From Basidiobolus meristosporus CBS 931.73 (taxonomy: Eukaryota > Fungi > Basidiobolomycota): DNA of 64,000 nucleotides. This document shows, piece by piece, positions 52,890 to 64,000 of this stretch. The stretch spans positions 1 through 64,000 of the forward strand of contig MCFE01000197.1 in NCBI GenBank assembly GCA_002104905.1, read 5' to 3'. The notes beneath the pieces are model-generated. The model did not search any database, was not told the origin of the DNA, and worked only from the letters and a program-made list of their open reading frames with translations. Made by a program: the position numbers and the translations under genes. Positions within the stretch are counted from its first letter, which is position 1, and every line of letters starts with the position of its first letter.

Positions 52890-54900
52890 CCCTATGAAAA
52901 ATAATTTGGTCCCATGGCTGGATCCAATCCAGATCAGCTGTCAGGATCCAGCTTGGAGACTGTCATAATACCAGCAGCTTGGAATTAGTGACTCTCTTAA
53001 CAATCTTATGATGGGATCTCAACAGTGTTTGGCTAATTTTACTGCCAAATAAAGTTAAAAAACTTGACAAAGTTTAATTGGTGCCGTAGCAATAATTGTG
53101 TGGCATAGTTGTGGTCTTAATGCACTCTACAACTATCTTAAATGGATCTAACCAGCCAGTACATCCAGTTGCTGTATATGACAAAAAACTTGACAGCGTT
53201 TTGACAGCCTCATTGCAAGTCTTTGATGGCATTATCATGGCAGTATTGCAGCTTACAGCTAGTTCTGTACAATGCTACCATACCAAGTTACCAAATGGCA
53301 TTTCCTTTTTCTACCTCCCCTTGTGCAATTCATATATTCCACTGTAGAATCACCCCTCTTTATTGCTTACCCACCACTACCTTGGGTATTTCACATAGAG
53401 TTTGAATCAAGAAAACTATGGCCTCCTGCTTACTAACCTCTACAAATGTGCACACCTGCCACAATTGACATACTTCTATCACCTCACCTTTATGGCTTTT
53501 TAGTATGATACTGGCAAAGTTGCCATATACCTTGTACTGCTGGTAACATATACATCTTGCAAACATATGCTTGGTTGCTGCCACTTCTGCCATGAATACC
53601 TCCTGAATATCAGCAAAGAACTTTTTGGTATTTAGCCAATATATTCCTTCTCCCAGCTGGATTCTAGTCCCCCTTATAGGTGTGCTCTGGCTCTTGTTTA
53701 TGTGAATACCATATTGAATGGTGCAGAAGTTGGCTTGTGACCAAGAGAAACCCGGCATACTTTGGTAGTGCTTTCCTAATAAAAATTAGCTGCTTGTTGC
53801 ACCCAACTCAACTTTGCATTACTTAACTTATTACCCACGCATTGGGGCTGCTTAGCTTCTTAATGCCATAGGCATAGGTGTCTCCATGTGCACATTTGTT
53901 GTCAGTATTCTTCAACTCTTCCTGGCTATCCTCCATGTACCAACTCATCACATCCATCATGGACTTGAAGGTAATATTCTTAATGAGATCAGGATATGGT
54001 AGTACCTGCAACCTGACTTGTCTTGTTATCTCCCCACACATCTGCTCCATAGGAAACTCCCAAAAGGTGAAGCAAGGCCCAATATTCACCATACACCAAG
54101 CAAGATGGAGTAGTGAATGGATACAGCAGTGGCAGAGATCTACACATTCAGCTTTATGTTTGTAGCACAGCTGCTCAAATTCTGTTACAAACTCCTTGCA
54201 CAACAGCTGTAGATGTGTTAAGTTGGTATTGGGGATCTGCTTCTGGATAAATATTCCTGCAATGCCCACATATGACTCCCAATGCTACCAATGTACTCTT
54301 GGTAGGAATGGCTTCAGAACACTATTTGAATAATACATATCCAGCTCATCCAGTCTTTGCATTTGTATTGTTGCATATGCATATGAACATTGATTGGAAC
54401 CCATGAGAAGTACCTAGGATAGTGGATACTCTGTAATATTTTGCCAATTCTTTCAAATTTCTCTGGTATCTCAAAGGGCTCATTTAGCTTGAAATGCTCT
54501 ATCTTAAGTATATCCAGTTTCCAGCTTATTGCATATTCTGGGCAATGGCTTATAGCTTGCCAACTTTGCTGCAATTGCATGCAGACTTCAGCATGTTCTC
54601 TCTGTGGGAAGATGATGTTCTTGGTGTTGGTGTTTGGACAATAGTAATGCGTGTAAGTTATGGGGAAAATCCCCTAGATCTCACATATTTACCAGCAATA
54701 CTACCAATTGTGCCCAGAAAAGCCAGCTATTTAGCTGATGCTGGGGTATCTAAATGCAGAGCATAATATGAGCTTTAACATGATGGTCACATACTAGTGT
54801 TCTGCTATATAACATACAAAATATCCAGCAATGGATACAGGTAGCTATCCAGGCTTGACAGTGATATACCCTATGAAAATATATTGTAATTATCCCATCA
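52890..54900 (-). mobile_element. Decayed CACTA/EnSpm-like (Tnp2-type) transposase remnant
   Basis: ORF fragments with IHSLLHLAWCMVNIGPCFTFWEFPMEQMCG and YKCKDWMSW resemble the H-x-GP-x-W-x-FPMER-x-G and FKAEEW motifs of this transposase class; many stops; termini not resolved. Confidence 0.55.
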
Positions 54901-55635
54901 AAAGGCTGTCACAAATTCAAAGTTCTATGACTAAGAGGTATTGATCCTGTCAGGACACTGGGCAGAGACTGTTGAAAAATAATTGCACCCCAGGGTTCAC
55001 AAAAAACTTGGTCAAAATTTGTCATCTCAACAATACATGAGTGGCTTTTGATTGGCTCCCTGTCAATTAGCTTACTTTCTGAGCCCAGACACTCAATTGC
55101 CTCCTACATTTGTGTGCATTGATTGGCTAATGCCTCTTTTTCATATGAATATGAGTTATCTGGGCATATTCCAAGAATAATATAGATCAGACTGCTGACC
55201 ATAGATTGACAAGGAAGCTCCAGGCTTTCAAATGGCGCCATGCTCTGCTGATTTGGTTGAGTTTTTATCAAGTTAAGGTTTGTCTCCATTGGAGTAGCTG
55301 CCAGTTAACAGTCTTCCATTTGGTACTCCTTTAGTATTTCTTGAATATACTTGGATTGGCTTAGGGTGATAGTCTGGGTACTTCTGTCTATGAAGAACTT
55401 TATCCCTAAGTGGTAACTGAGCTCTCCTAGATTGGACCTCTTAAACTCTTTAGATAGGCTGGATTTAGTCTGTTCCAATGCTTCAGTATTGTGGGGCTAT
55501 TGGTGGCTAAAATAAGATGATCCACATATAGAGCTGATAGAAATGGATTTGCTCTATCTGGCTTATAATATTTACTATTGACAGTATTACTACTTTTGAA
55601 ACTCAAAGATTCCAAATAAGAATCTAACTTGCAAT

Positions 55636-55982
55636 TGTTGCAATATTCTGAGGAGTATTGGAAGTGATGTGGAGAACATGAAGATCTGCATGTTATTCAC
55701 TTGCAGATTTATTGATCAAAAGTATGGTATTTATACTTTTGATAAAGTAGAGCAAATAAACATGTAGAGTTTGTGAAGGAAGGTCACAGTATATGTGTGC
55801 AAAGTTTGAGGGCTGTTGGTAAACTTTGAGAAAGATCCTAATCTGAGTACCTCATGATTTGGTGAAAATAATCTAGAAAAGTCCTGACAAGAAATTTAGT
55901 CAGACCGCATGCTAATCAAAGAATAAGATCTATGTGACTAAGTTAGTATGAATATTTAGGTTACAACTTCATAATTACAACA
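55636..55982. mobile_element. Solo LTR (347 bp, same family, diverged) with 5-bp TSD GCAAT
   Basis: TGTTG...ACAACA ends; gcaat at 55631-55635 and 55983-55987; removing it restores the RT segment matching 57735-57775. Confidence 0.9.
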
Positions 55983-57875
55983 GCAATTACAGGCTCTCAG
56001 TGATTGCTTGAGTCTATTTAGAGACTTTTCAAGCTTGCAGACCAAATGAGGGTTATTCTGGTAAACAAACCCATCAGGCTGGTCAGTATACATGTCCTCA
56101 TTGAGATCTTCACTCAAAAACTCAGCTTTTACATCCATTTAATGTATAAGAAGCTTATATTTGGCTGCAATAGCCAATATTTATCTGATGGAATTAAACT
56201 TGGCTGCCAGTGCAAAGGTCTCAGTATAGTCAAGTCCTTCTGTTTGAGAGTATCCTTTGGCCATAAGTCTTGCTTTGTATCTTTCAGTTGTACCATCAGT
56301 CTTGTATTTGTTGTAAGAGTCTTGGAGATATTGGAAGTGATTGGGAGAACAAGTAGATTATGTGGTTTTCACTTAATGATTTATTGAATGTAAAAGTAGT
56401 ATTTATACTTTTGCCTGGTCCTGGCATTACAACACGTAGAATAGGCTAAGGAAGGTCCCAGAACATGTGTGCAAAGTTTGGGGCTGTTTGGACAACTTTG
56501 AGAATTTTCATGTTCTGGATACCTGGTTTTTTGGTGAAAATATACTAAGTAAATCCCAACAAGGAATTTGGTCAGTATTCTCTAGGATTTAAGGGTAATG
56601 ATCTAAGTGACTAAGGTAGGTGAATATTTAGGTGGAATTACAAATTTTTACAACACTCCCAGTCAGCTAAATGTTCATACTGACTAGTCCTAATTTTGAC
56701 CTAAGATATTCAAACTTGTCTCTAGCTAATGGTTTGGTAAATATGTCTGCAATCATTTCATCTGTAGGACAGTAAACTCAGCTAACTAAGTTATTCTCTA
56801 TAGCTTCATGTATGAAATGATGTCTAATATCTATGTGCTTGGTTCTAGCATGAAAAGTTGGATTTCTACCTAATTGTATATATCCTTGATTATCTTGAAA
56901 TAAAGTAATAGGCGTTTTTTGACATAGGCCTAAATCTGTAAAGAGCTTTCTTAGCCACATTGCTTCTTTTGTAGCTTCACAGGCTGCCATATACTCTGCC
57001 TGTGTGGTGGAAAGTGCTACAGTTGGTTGCTTTCTTGAATTCCATGAAATTGCTCCTTTACAGTAAAGAAAGGTGTATCCTGTGGTGGATCTTCTGTCTT
57101 CTAAATTGTGTCCCCAATCAGCATCAGAGTATCCCACAAGATCCTGTTCTGAATCCTTATAAGTGTATCTTAAGTAGATATCAGCAGTTCCTTTTAGGTA
57201 TCTAAAATTCTGCTTAACTGCTGCAATATGATCAGATCAATAGTTCTTATTATGTTGGCTGACAACTCCCACTGAATATGAGATATCTGGACGTGTTCCA
57301 AGCATGATATACATCAGACTGCCGGCCATAGATTGATAAGGAAAGTCAGGGCTTTCAGATGGCACCAAGCTCTCTTGATTTGTTTGAGTTTTGACCAAGT
57401 TAAGGTTTGTCTCCATTGGGGTAGCTGCTGGCTTACAGTCTTCCATTTTGTACTTCTTTAGTATATCTTGAATATACTTGGATTGACTTAGGGTGATAGT
57501 CTGGGTACTTCTGTCTATGGAGAACTTAATCCCTAAGTAGTAACTAAGTTCTCCTAGATTGGGCATCTTGAACTCCTTAGATAGGCTGGATTTAGTCTCT
57601 TCCAATGTTTCTAGGTTATTAGTGGCTATAATAAGATCATCCACATATAGAGCTAATAGAACTGGATCTGCTCTATCTGGCTTATAGTATATACTATAGT
57701 CAGCATTACTTCTTTTGAAACTCAAAGATTCCAAATAAGAATCTATCTTGCAATTCCAGGCTCTTGGTGATTGTTTGAGACCATATAGTGTTTTTTTGAG
57801 CTTGCAGACCAAATGGGGGTTATCTTGGTCAACAAACCCATCAGGCTGGTCCATATACATGTCCTCATCAAGTTC

Positions 57876-59178
57876 TGTGGTAATGGAAAGTATTCCATTA
57901 CTACAATATCTCTAAACCAATATTGCACTCATTTCTTTATTTTGCTTTTTGCTATTGTAACACACAAGTGAAAGATCAAGAATTTCCAACTTTGATGAGC
58001 AAATGCTCCAGACCCTGACAAGCAATCCCCCCAAGAATATTATGACATACAGAACACAAAGTAGCCAACACATGTTTCAAATTACAGCTCATTTGAAGCA
58101 GTACTTAAGGAGTTATGACCAAAAGAGTCCAATTATTATATATACTATGCCTTATTGCTAGGATTACTAGGGTTACTTTGATCGCGTGTAACTTTTGAAC
58201 CAGCCAATCAAGTCACGTGATATTCTCACAGGTGCTGCGCCTATGTCCGATCTGCGCCACTGCAAAATTTTAGCTTCATATCACATGTATTGCTTGCGCA
58301 ATTGCCCAAAAACTTTGATCCTTCAAAATTTTCATATATATTACTTCCCCAGCTGAAAAATAAAAGAGAGCCTCTCTTTCCAGAATCTCCACACTACAAT
58401 TACAAGTTTAAGGGTTATAAGACTTCCCCTGCATCACTTGCACTGTTGAGTATTCTGACTTTGATCAGTACTACATCAGTAAAGAGACTGCAAAGCTCAC
58501 AAGAATCCAATCTAAGTTCTACAAGAAACTACCACTTTTCTGTTGGAAAAGTCCCCTCTAAGAAACCCCTTTACTCTAAAGACACCCCTTTAGACACCCC
58601 TTTAGTCTAAAGACCCCTTTAGAGACCCTTTAAGAAACCCCTTTACTCTAAAGAAGCCCCTTTAGGCACCCCTCTGGTGTAAAGTCCACTTTAGAGACCA
58701 CTACAAGAAGCCCCTTTACTCTAAAGACACCCCTTTAGACACCCCTTTACTCTAAAGACACCCCTTTAGACACCCCTTTACTCTAAAGACACCCCTTTGG
58801 ACACCTCTTTAGGTCTAAAGACCCCTCTAGAGACTTCTACAACACACCCCTTTAGGCTAAAGGGAAGCTCAGAATTTCCATATTAGAAAATATTTTCTCA
58901 GAAAGGAAAGTGACTTCCAAATAAGGAAAAGTTACTATAAAAGTAAATAAGCCCATTAGTCAACAGAAGGTCAGAACACTGCTGTAGAAGTGATAAACTC
59001 TGCCTACAGTATATTTTGAGCCTAAGATTGAGGAAATTAGTGAAAGTTATATCTTCTACCGGTATATCAAACTCCCAATAAACTATTTCAGTATTAGAAT
59101 ACTGGAAGTTGTTGTATAGTGTTGATTAGCCTCTACATTGTAGAACAAGCCCCAAACTAATCATAATACAACACAACA
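57876..59178. mobile_element. 1303-bp TG...CA insertion with 4-bp TSD GTTC inside the copia RT; probable solo LTR of an unrelated family
   Basis: Begins tgtgg and ends acaaca; gttc at 57872-57875 and 59179-59182; removal restores the RT stretch AFLSGELDEDMYMDQP. Confidence 0.8.
58540..58860. repeat. Minisatellite with ~31-bp unit ctctaaagacacccctttagacaccccttta
   Basis: Three near-perfect units at ~58720-58810, flanked by degenerate copies. Confidence 0.85.
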
Positions 59179-61934
59179 GTTCTCCACTCAAAAATGCAGT
59201 TTTTACACCAATTTGATGAATAAAAAACTTTTATTTGGCAGCAATAGCCAATATTAATCTGATGGAATTAAACTTGGCTACTGGTGCAAAGGTCTCAGTA
59301 TAGTCAAGTCCTTTTGTTTGAGAGTATTCTTTGGCTACAAGTATTGCTTTGTATCTTTCAATTGTACCATCAGCCTTGTATTTTGTCTTGAAGACCCATC
59401 TGCATCCAATTGAATTTGGTTGATTGGTAATTTGACTAAGTCCCAAGTTTGATGTTCCATTAGGGCCTGATATTCCTCAGTCATTGCAGATCTCCAAAAC
59501 TTTGTCTGAGGGCTCTTTAGGGCCTCTTTTACAGTCTGCGGTTCATCAATATGGACTGAATAGGCATAGGCTAAGTTTGTACCCTCATTGATATAGTAAT
59601 TTGGGCTACTACTTGTCTGATTGGATCTCTGGGCATTTGATACTGGAATGATCACTTCTGGGATATTCCTGGGCACTGATTCTGGCTGAACCATGATTGT
59701 AGAGTACTCTGGAGTGAAAAAAATTTCATTGTTTTGCTCTGATTCAATCCTGACAATTGGTGGACTTGAGATCAGATTTTTGACATCATCTGATGTCATT
59801 TTTTGAGAAAATTTGAACTTTCATCAAACAACACATCCCTGGACTTGATCAGCTTCTTTGGTTTGGTATAGTAGAGTCTGTATGCCTTACTCTCATTGCA
59901 GTAGCCCAAAAATATGCATTTTACACTTTTTGGCTCAAATTTTGACTGATTTCCGGCCAGTTTTTTGGCATATGCTGTACACCCAAATATTCTTAGATGT
60001 TCTGCACTTGGTCTGTATCCATGCCATGCTTCAAGTGGAGTAGAAGCACAAAGCATTTTGTTATAACACCTATTTTTAAGGTATACAGCAGTGGCAACTG
60101 ATTCCGCCCAAAAAATCATAGGATAATTTTTGATCATGGATCATAGATCTTGCCATATCAATTATTGATCTGTTAGCTGGTTCTGCTACTCCATTTTGCT
60201 GTGGGGAGTATGGTACAGTAGTCTCTTGCTTTATCCCATGAATTTTGCAGAAGTGGATGAAGAGTTTTGAGGTATATTCTCCACCATTGTCAGAGCGTAT
60301 TTTCTTGATTCTTTCACCAGTTTCTCTCTCCACCATGGCTTTAAACTCCCTGAGCTTAGACAAAGCTTCTTCCTTTTTCTCCATGAAGTAGACCCATGTG
60401 TATCTTGTATAATCATCAACAAAAGTGATCAAATACTTCATCCCACCTAAGGATATATTTTGCATAGGTCCACACAGATCTGAGTGAATTAGATCTAATT
60501 TTTTCTTAGTTTTGATTAGCCCAGAGCTCTTGAATGGTTGTCTGGCTTGTTTCCCATATATGCAGGCTTCACAGTGCTTCAAACTAGCTGGGGGATCAAT
60601 TTTCACTCCAGAAATTAGCTGATCTTTGATCATTTCACGCATATAATCAAAATTGATGTGTCCAAATCTCATGTGCCAAAGCATTGGTGTTTCTTCATTT
60701 AAGTTACTTATATTGGCTTCCAGATATGATAGAATATAAGTCAACTTGTATAGATTCTGATCTCTGATGCCCAAAGCAATATGGGCACTATTTTGATCAG
60801 TGATCCTGCATCCAGAATTGCCAAAACTGAAGCTGAGTCCTTCTGCTGTGGCCTTGCTTACAGAGAGTAGGTTCTTGGCTATTTCTGGTACATAGAGTAC
60901 TTCTTTAAAGGTCAGTGTATGGCTTCCTTTACTGCTTCTAAGGTTTACTTGGATAGTTCCTTCTCCCACTGCATCATGTGTTCTATTGTCACTCATGAAA
61001 ACCTTCTTAATTGGAATTTCTTAATATTGGGTAAAAAGTTCTTTTTGGTGTGTAAAGTGTTGAGATGCTCCAGAGTCAATATACCACGTCTAAGAATCCT
61101 TGTTTGTGGTCATATTTAGTGCAGATATGAATAGTCTATCTTCAGTTGTTGCAGCATTTCCATATTCAGGCTTCTTTTGCTGATTATCTTTCTTTTTGAG
61201 ACACCGGTCTGATGTGTGTCCTTTCCTTTTGCAGTAGTTGCAAAATAGGTTGCTGTTGCCTTTGTAGGGTCTTGGGTACCTTCTTTGTTGGTTATCATTG
61301 CTTATTAAAGCATTTTCTTCTTCCTTCTTATTGGCGCTTGATTTTCTTAATTCTTCAACCAGGAGCCTTCCATATACATAATTTAAGGTCAAATCTTCAG
61401 TTCTGGACTCTAGGGCTGATACAAGGCCTTGAAACTTGTCTTTCAGGCTATTCAGGATGGTAACTATCACATCCTCATCAGTAGTTGGTACGCCCACAGA
61501 TTCCATCTCATATACCAGCAGGGTAATTTTGTTAATTAGATTTTTCATTTCTTCTCCTGGTAGCATCTTAGTAGTAAAGAATTTTTGTCTCAGATACATT
61601 TTCTTGGCAGCTGAACATGACTGGTAGGTGTCTTCTAATGCTTTCCAGGCATTCTTTGCTGTTTTTGCTCTTGAGCATTGATTTAGCAATTTGTCCTTGA
61701 CATTAAGGCAAATGCAGTTAAAGGCACTTTGTTCTTTCTTCTGGTACTTTAAGGCTTCCTCTCCCACATTTTTAGGAGGGCATTCTTCTCCTATGACAAT
61801 ATCCCAAAGGCCTCCTTCTTGTAGCAGCATCTTCATCTTCACCTTCCACACTTGATAGTTAGAGCCATTCAACTTTTCAGCAGAGGGAAATATTCCAGTA
61901 ATAGCAGTAGTAGACATTGCAGAGAGTGACAGCT

Positions 61935-61948
61935 TGGGGCTCATAACC
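61935..61948 (-). promoter_or_regulatory. Copia primer-binding site GGTTATGAGCCCCA directly abutting the 5' LTR (homologue GGTTATGGGCCCCA at 63792-63805)
   Basis: Immediately follows the LTR-terminal ACA on the minus strand in both elements; matches the GGTTATGGGCCC PBS type of the copia lineage. Confidence 0.8.
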
Positions 61949-64000
61949 TGTTGTAAGAGTCTTGGAGATATTGGAAGTGATTGGGAGAACAATTAGATTA
62001 TGTGGTTTTCACTAAATGATTTATTGAATGTAAAAGTAGTATTTATACTTTTACCTGGTCTTGGCATTACAGCACGTAGAATAGGCTAAGGAAGGTCCCA
62101 AGAACATGTGTGCAAAGTTTGGGGCTGTTTGGGCAACTTTGAGAATTCTCATGTTCTGGGTACCTGGTTTTTTGGTGAAAATATTCTAAGTAAATCCCAA
62201 CAAGGAATTTGGTCAGTATTCTCTAGGATTTAAGGGTAATGATCTCAGTGACTAGGTTAGGTGAATATTTAGGTGGAATTACAAATTTTTACAACAGTAT
62301 TTTGTCTTGAAGACCCATCTGCATCCAATTGTATTTGGTTGATTGGTAATTTGACTAAGTCCCAGGTCTTGATTTTCCATCTGGACCTGATATTCCTGAG
62401 CTATTGCAGATCTCCAAAACTTTATCTGGGGACTACTAAGGGTTTCTTTTACAGTCTGGGGTTCATCAATATGGACTGAATAGGCATGGGCTAAGTTTGT
62501 ACCCTCATTGATTTTGATGTGTCAAAATATCCTGTGCCAAAGTGTTGGTGCTTTTTCATCTAAGTTACTAATATCTGCCTCCAGATATGATGGAATATTA
62601 GTCAACTTGCATAGATTCTCACCTCATATACCCATAGCAATATGGCCACCATTTTGATCAAGGATCCTTCATCCAGAATTGCCAGAGCTGAAGCTGAGTC
62701 CTTCTGCAGTGGCCTAGCATACAGACAGTAGATTCCTGGCTATTACTGGTACATAAAATACTTCTTTGTAGGTCAGAGTATAGCATTCTTCACCGCTTCT
62801 GAGGTTTATTTGGATGATTTCTTCTCCCACTGCGTCAAGTGCTCTATTGTCACCTGTGAAAACCTTGTTAATTGGAACTTCTTGATATTGTGTAAAATGT
62901 TCTTGTTGGTGTGTAAAGTGTTGAGATGCTCCATAGTCAATATACCAGGTCCAAGAATCCTTGTTTGTGGTCATATTCAATGCAGATATGAATAGTGTTT
63001 CTTCTGTTGTTGCAGTGTTTCCATATTGAGGCTTTATTTGCTAGTTATCCTTCTTCTTGAAGCACTGGTCAAATATGTGTCTGTTTCTTTTGCAGTAGCT
63101 GAAAATCAGGTTGCTATTGCCTTTAAAGAGCCTTAAGTACCTCCTTTGCTGGTTGTCATTGCTTATTAAAGCATTTTCTTCTTCCTTCTTATTGGCATTG
63201 ATTTTCATAATTCTTTGTCCAGAAGCCTTCCATTTACATAGCTTAATGTCAAATATCAAGCTCTGGACTCTACTACTGATACAAGGCCCTGGAGCTTGTC
63301 TGTCAGGCTATTTAAGATGGCAACTATCACATCTTCATCAGTTGTTGGTATGCCCTCAGATTCCATCTTATCCATCATCAGGGTGTACTGTTAATTTGGC
63401 TTTTCATTTCTTCTCCTGGCAGCATCTTTGTAGTATAGAATTCCAACTGAGATATTTCTTCTTTGCAGCTAAACAAGACTAGTATGCATCTTCTAATGCC
63501 TTCCAAGCATTCTATGCTGTTTTTGCTCTTGAGCATTGAGTTAGCAATTTGTCTTTGGCACTAAGGCAAATGCCGTTAAGGCACTTTGTTCTTTCTCCTA
63601 GTACTTTAAGGATTCCTCTGCCATGTTTTTAGGGGGGTACTCCTTGCCCAGGATAACATACTAAAGGCCTCCTTCTTGTAGCAGCATGTTCAACTTCACC
63701 TTCCATACTTGTTTATTAGATGCATCCAATTTTGCAGCAGAGGGAAAAGTTCCAGTAATAGCAGTAGTAGACATTGCCAAGAGTGACAGCTTGGGGCCCA
63801 TAACCTGTTGTAAGAGTCTTGGAGATATTGGATATGATTGGGAGAACAAGTATATTAGGTTGCTTTCAGTTAATGGTTTATTGAATGTAAGAGTAGTGTT
63901 TATACTTATCACATGATCATGGCATAAAAAGCATATAGGATAGGCTTGGGATGGCTCCAAGAACATGTGTGAAATGCTTGGGGCTGCTTGGACAACTTTG

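Larger units (their letters stand above)
56309..62296 (-). mobile_element. Full-length Ty1/copia retrotransposon with both LTRs (56309-56655, 61949-62296) and 5-bp TSD GTATT; non-functional
   Basis: LTRs differ by about 12 substitutions and 1 indel by hand alignment; gtatt on both flanks; PBS GGTTATGAGCCCC; PPT GACTGGGAG; gag zinc knuckle CNYCKRKGHTSDRC; protease WYIDSGAS; integrase LIHSDLCGP, IRSDNGGEY, PQQNGVAE; RT LYVDDL; RNaseH YSDADW, KHIDIRHHFI; premature stops. Confidence 0.95.
55090..64000 (-). mobile_element. Older host Ty1/copia element (gag-protease-RT remnants, integrase deleted), interrupted by later insertions
   Basis: 5' LTR starts at 63806 and runs off the window; PBS GGTTATGGGCCCC; gag and protease remnants 62520-63800 homologous to 60650-61945; RT pieces at 62297-62520, 55983-56308 and 55090-55635 join when the insertions are removed. 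Confidence 0.85.

Noticed and set aside
58540-58860. CRISPR-like array
   Set aside because: Units are contiguous with no unique spacers, there are no cas genes, and the context is eukaryotic.
61085-61095. Programmed gag-pol stop readthrough at the TAG after gag
   Set aside because: The sister element has TGG here, a second stop follows ~65 nt later, and copia elements normally use one ORF; decay is the simpler explanation.

Overview
Eukaryotic, gene-dense fungal-type DNA with short spliceosomal introns (mostly about 55-100 nt). The gene set (CYRI/FAM49, THI5/NMT1, Ypk1/Gad8) points to an early-diverging fungus; this is inference. The window has three zones. (1) 1-15601, minus strand: a very large NRPS, C*-A-T-E-C-A-T-C-A-T-C-A-T-C-A, running off the left edge. 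Its later modules are near-identical ~3.26 kb tandem copies with a mosaic pattern of shared and unshared subdomains. Nine 1-nt indels break the frame and look like consensus artefacts. (2) 18.5-50.7 kb: tRNA-Arg(TCG) and about 16 mostly housekeeping genes (PPR, alpha/beta hydrolase, Ypk1/Gad8, GT49, THI5/NMT1, small membrane protein, FKBP12, MFS, CYRI, TrhO-like rhodanese, Trs130, Grr1-like, Nop13-like, Nfu1, histidine phosphatase). (3) 51-64 kb: a CpG-depleted nest of Ty1/copia elements, solo LTRs and a CACTA-like remnant, with readable target-site duplications. The most striking item is a complete TPP riboswitch aptamer at 27750-27875 (minus strand) in the 3' UTR of THI5/NMT1. It starts 28 nt after the stop and ends just before an AATAAA. 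This is the plant-THIC-like position rather than the 5'/intronic position familiar from ascomycete NMT1. It contains splice-site-like motifs and probably overlaps the 3' UTR of the convergent glycosyltransferase gene.
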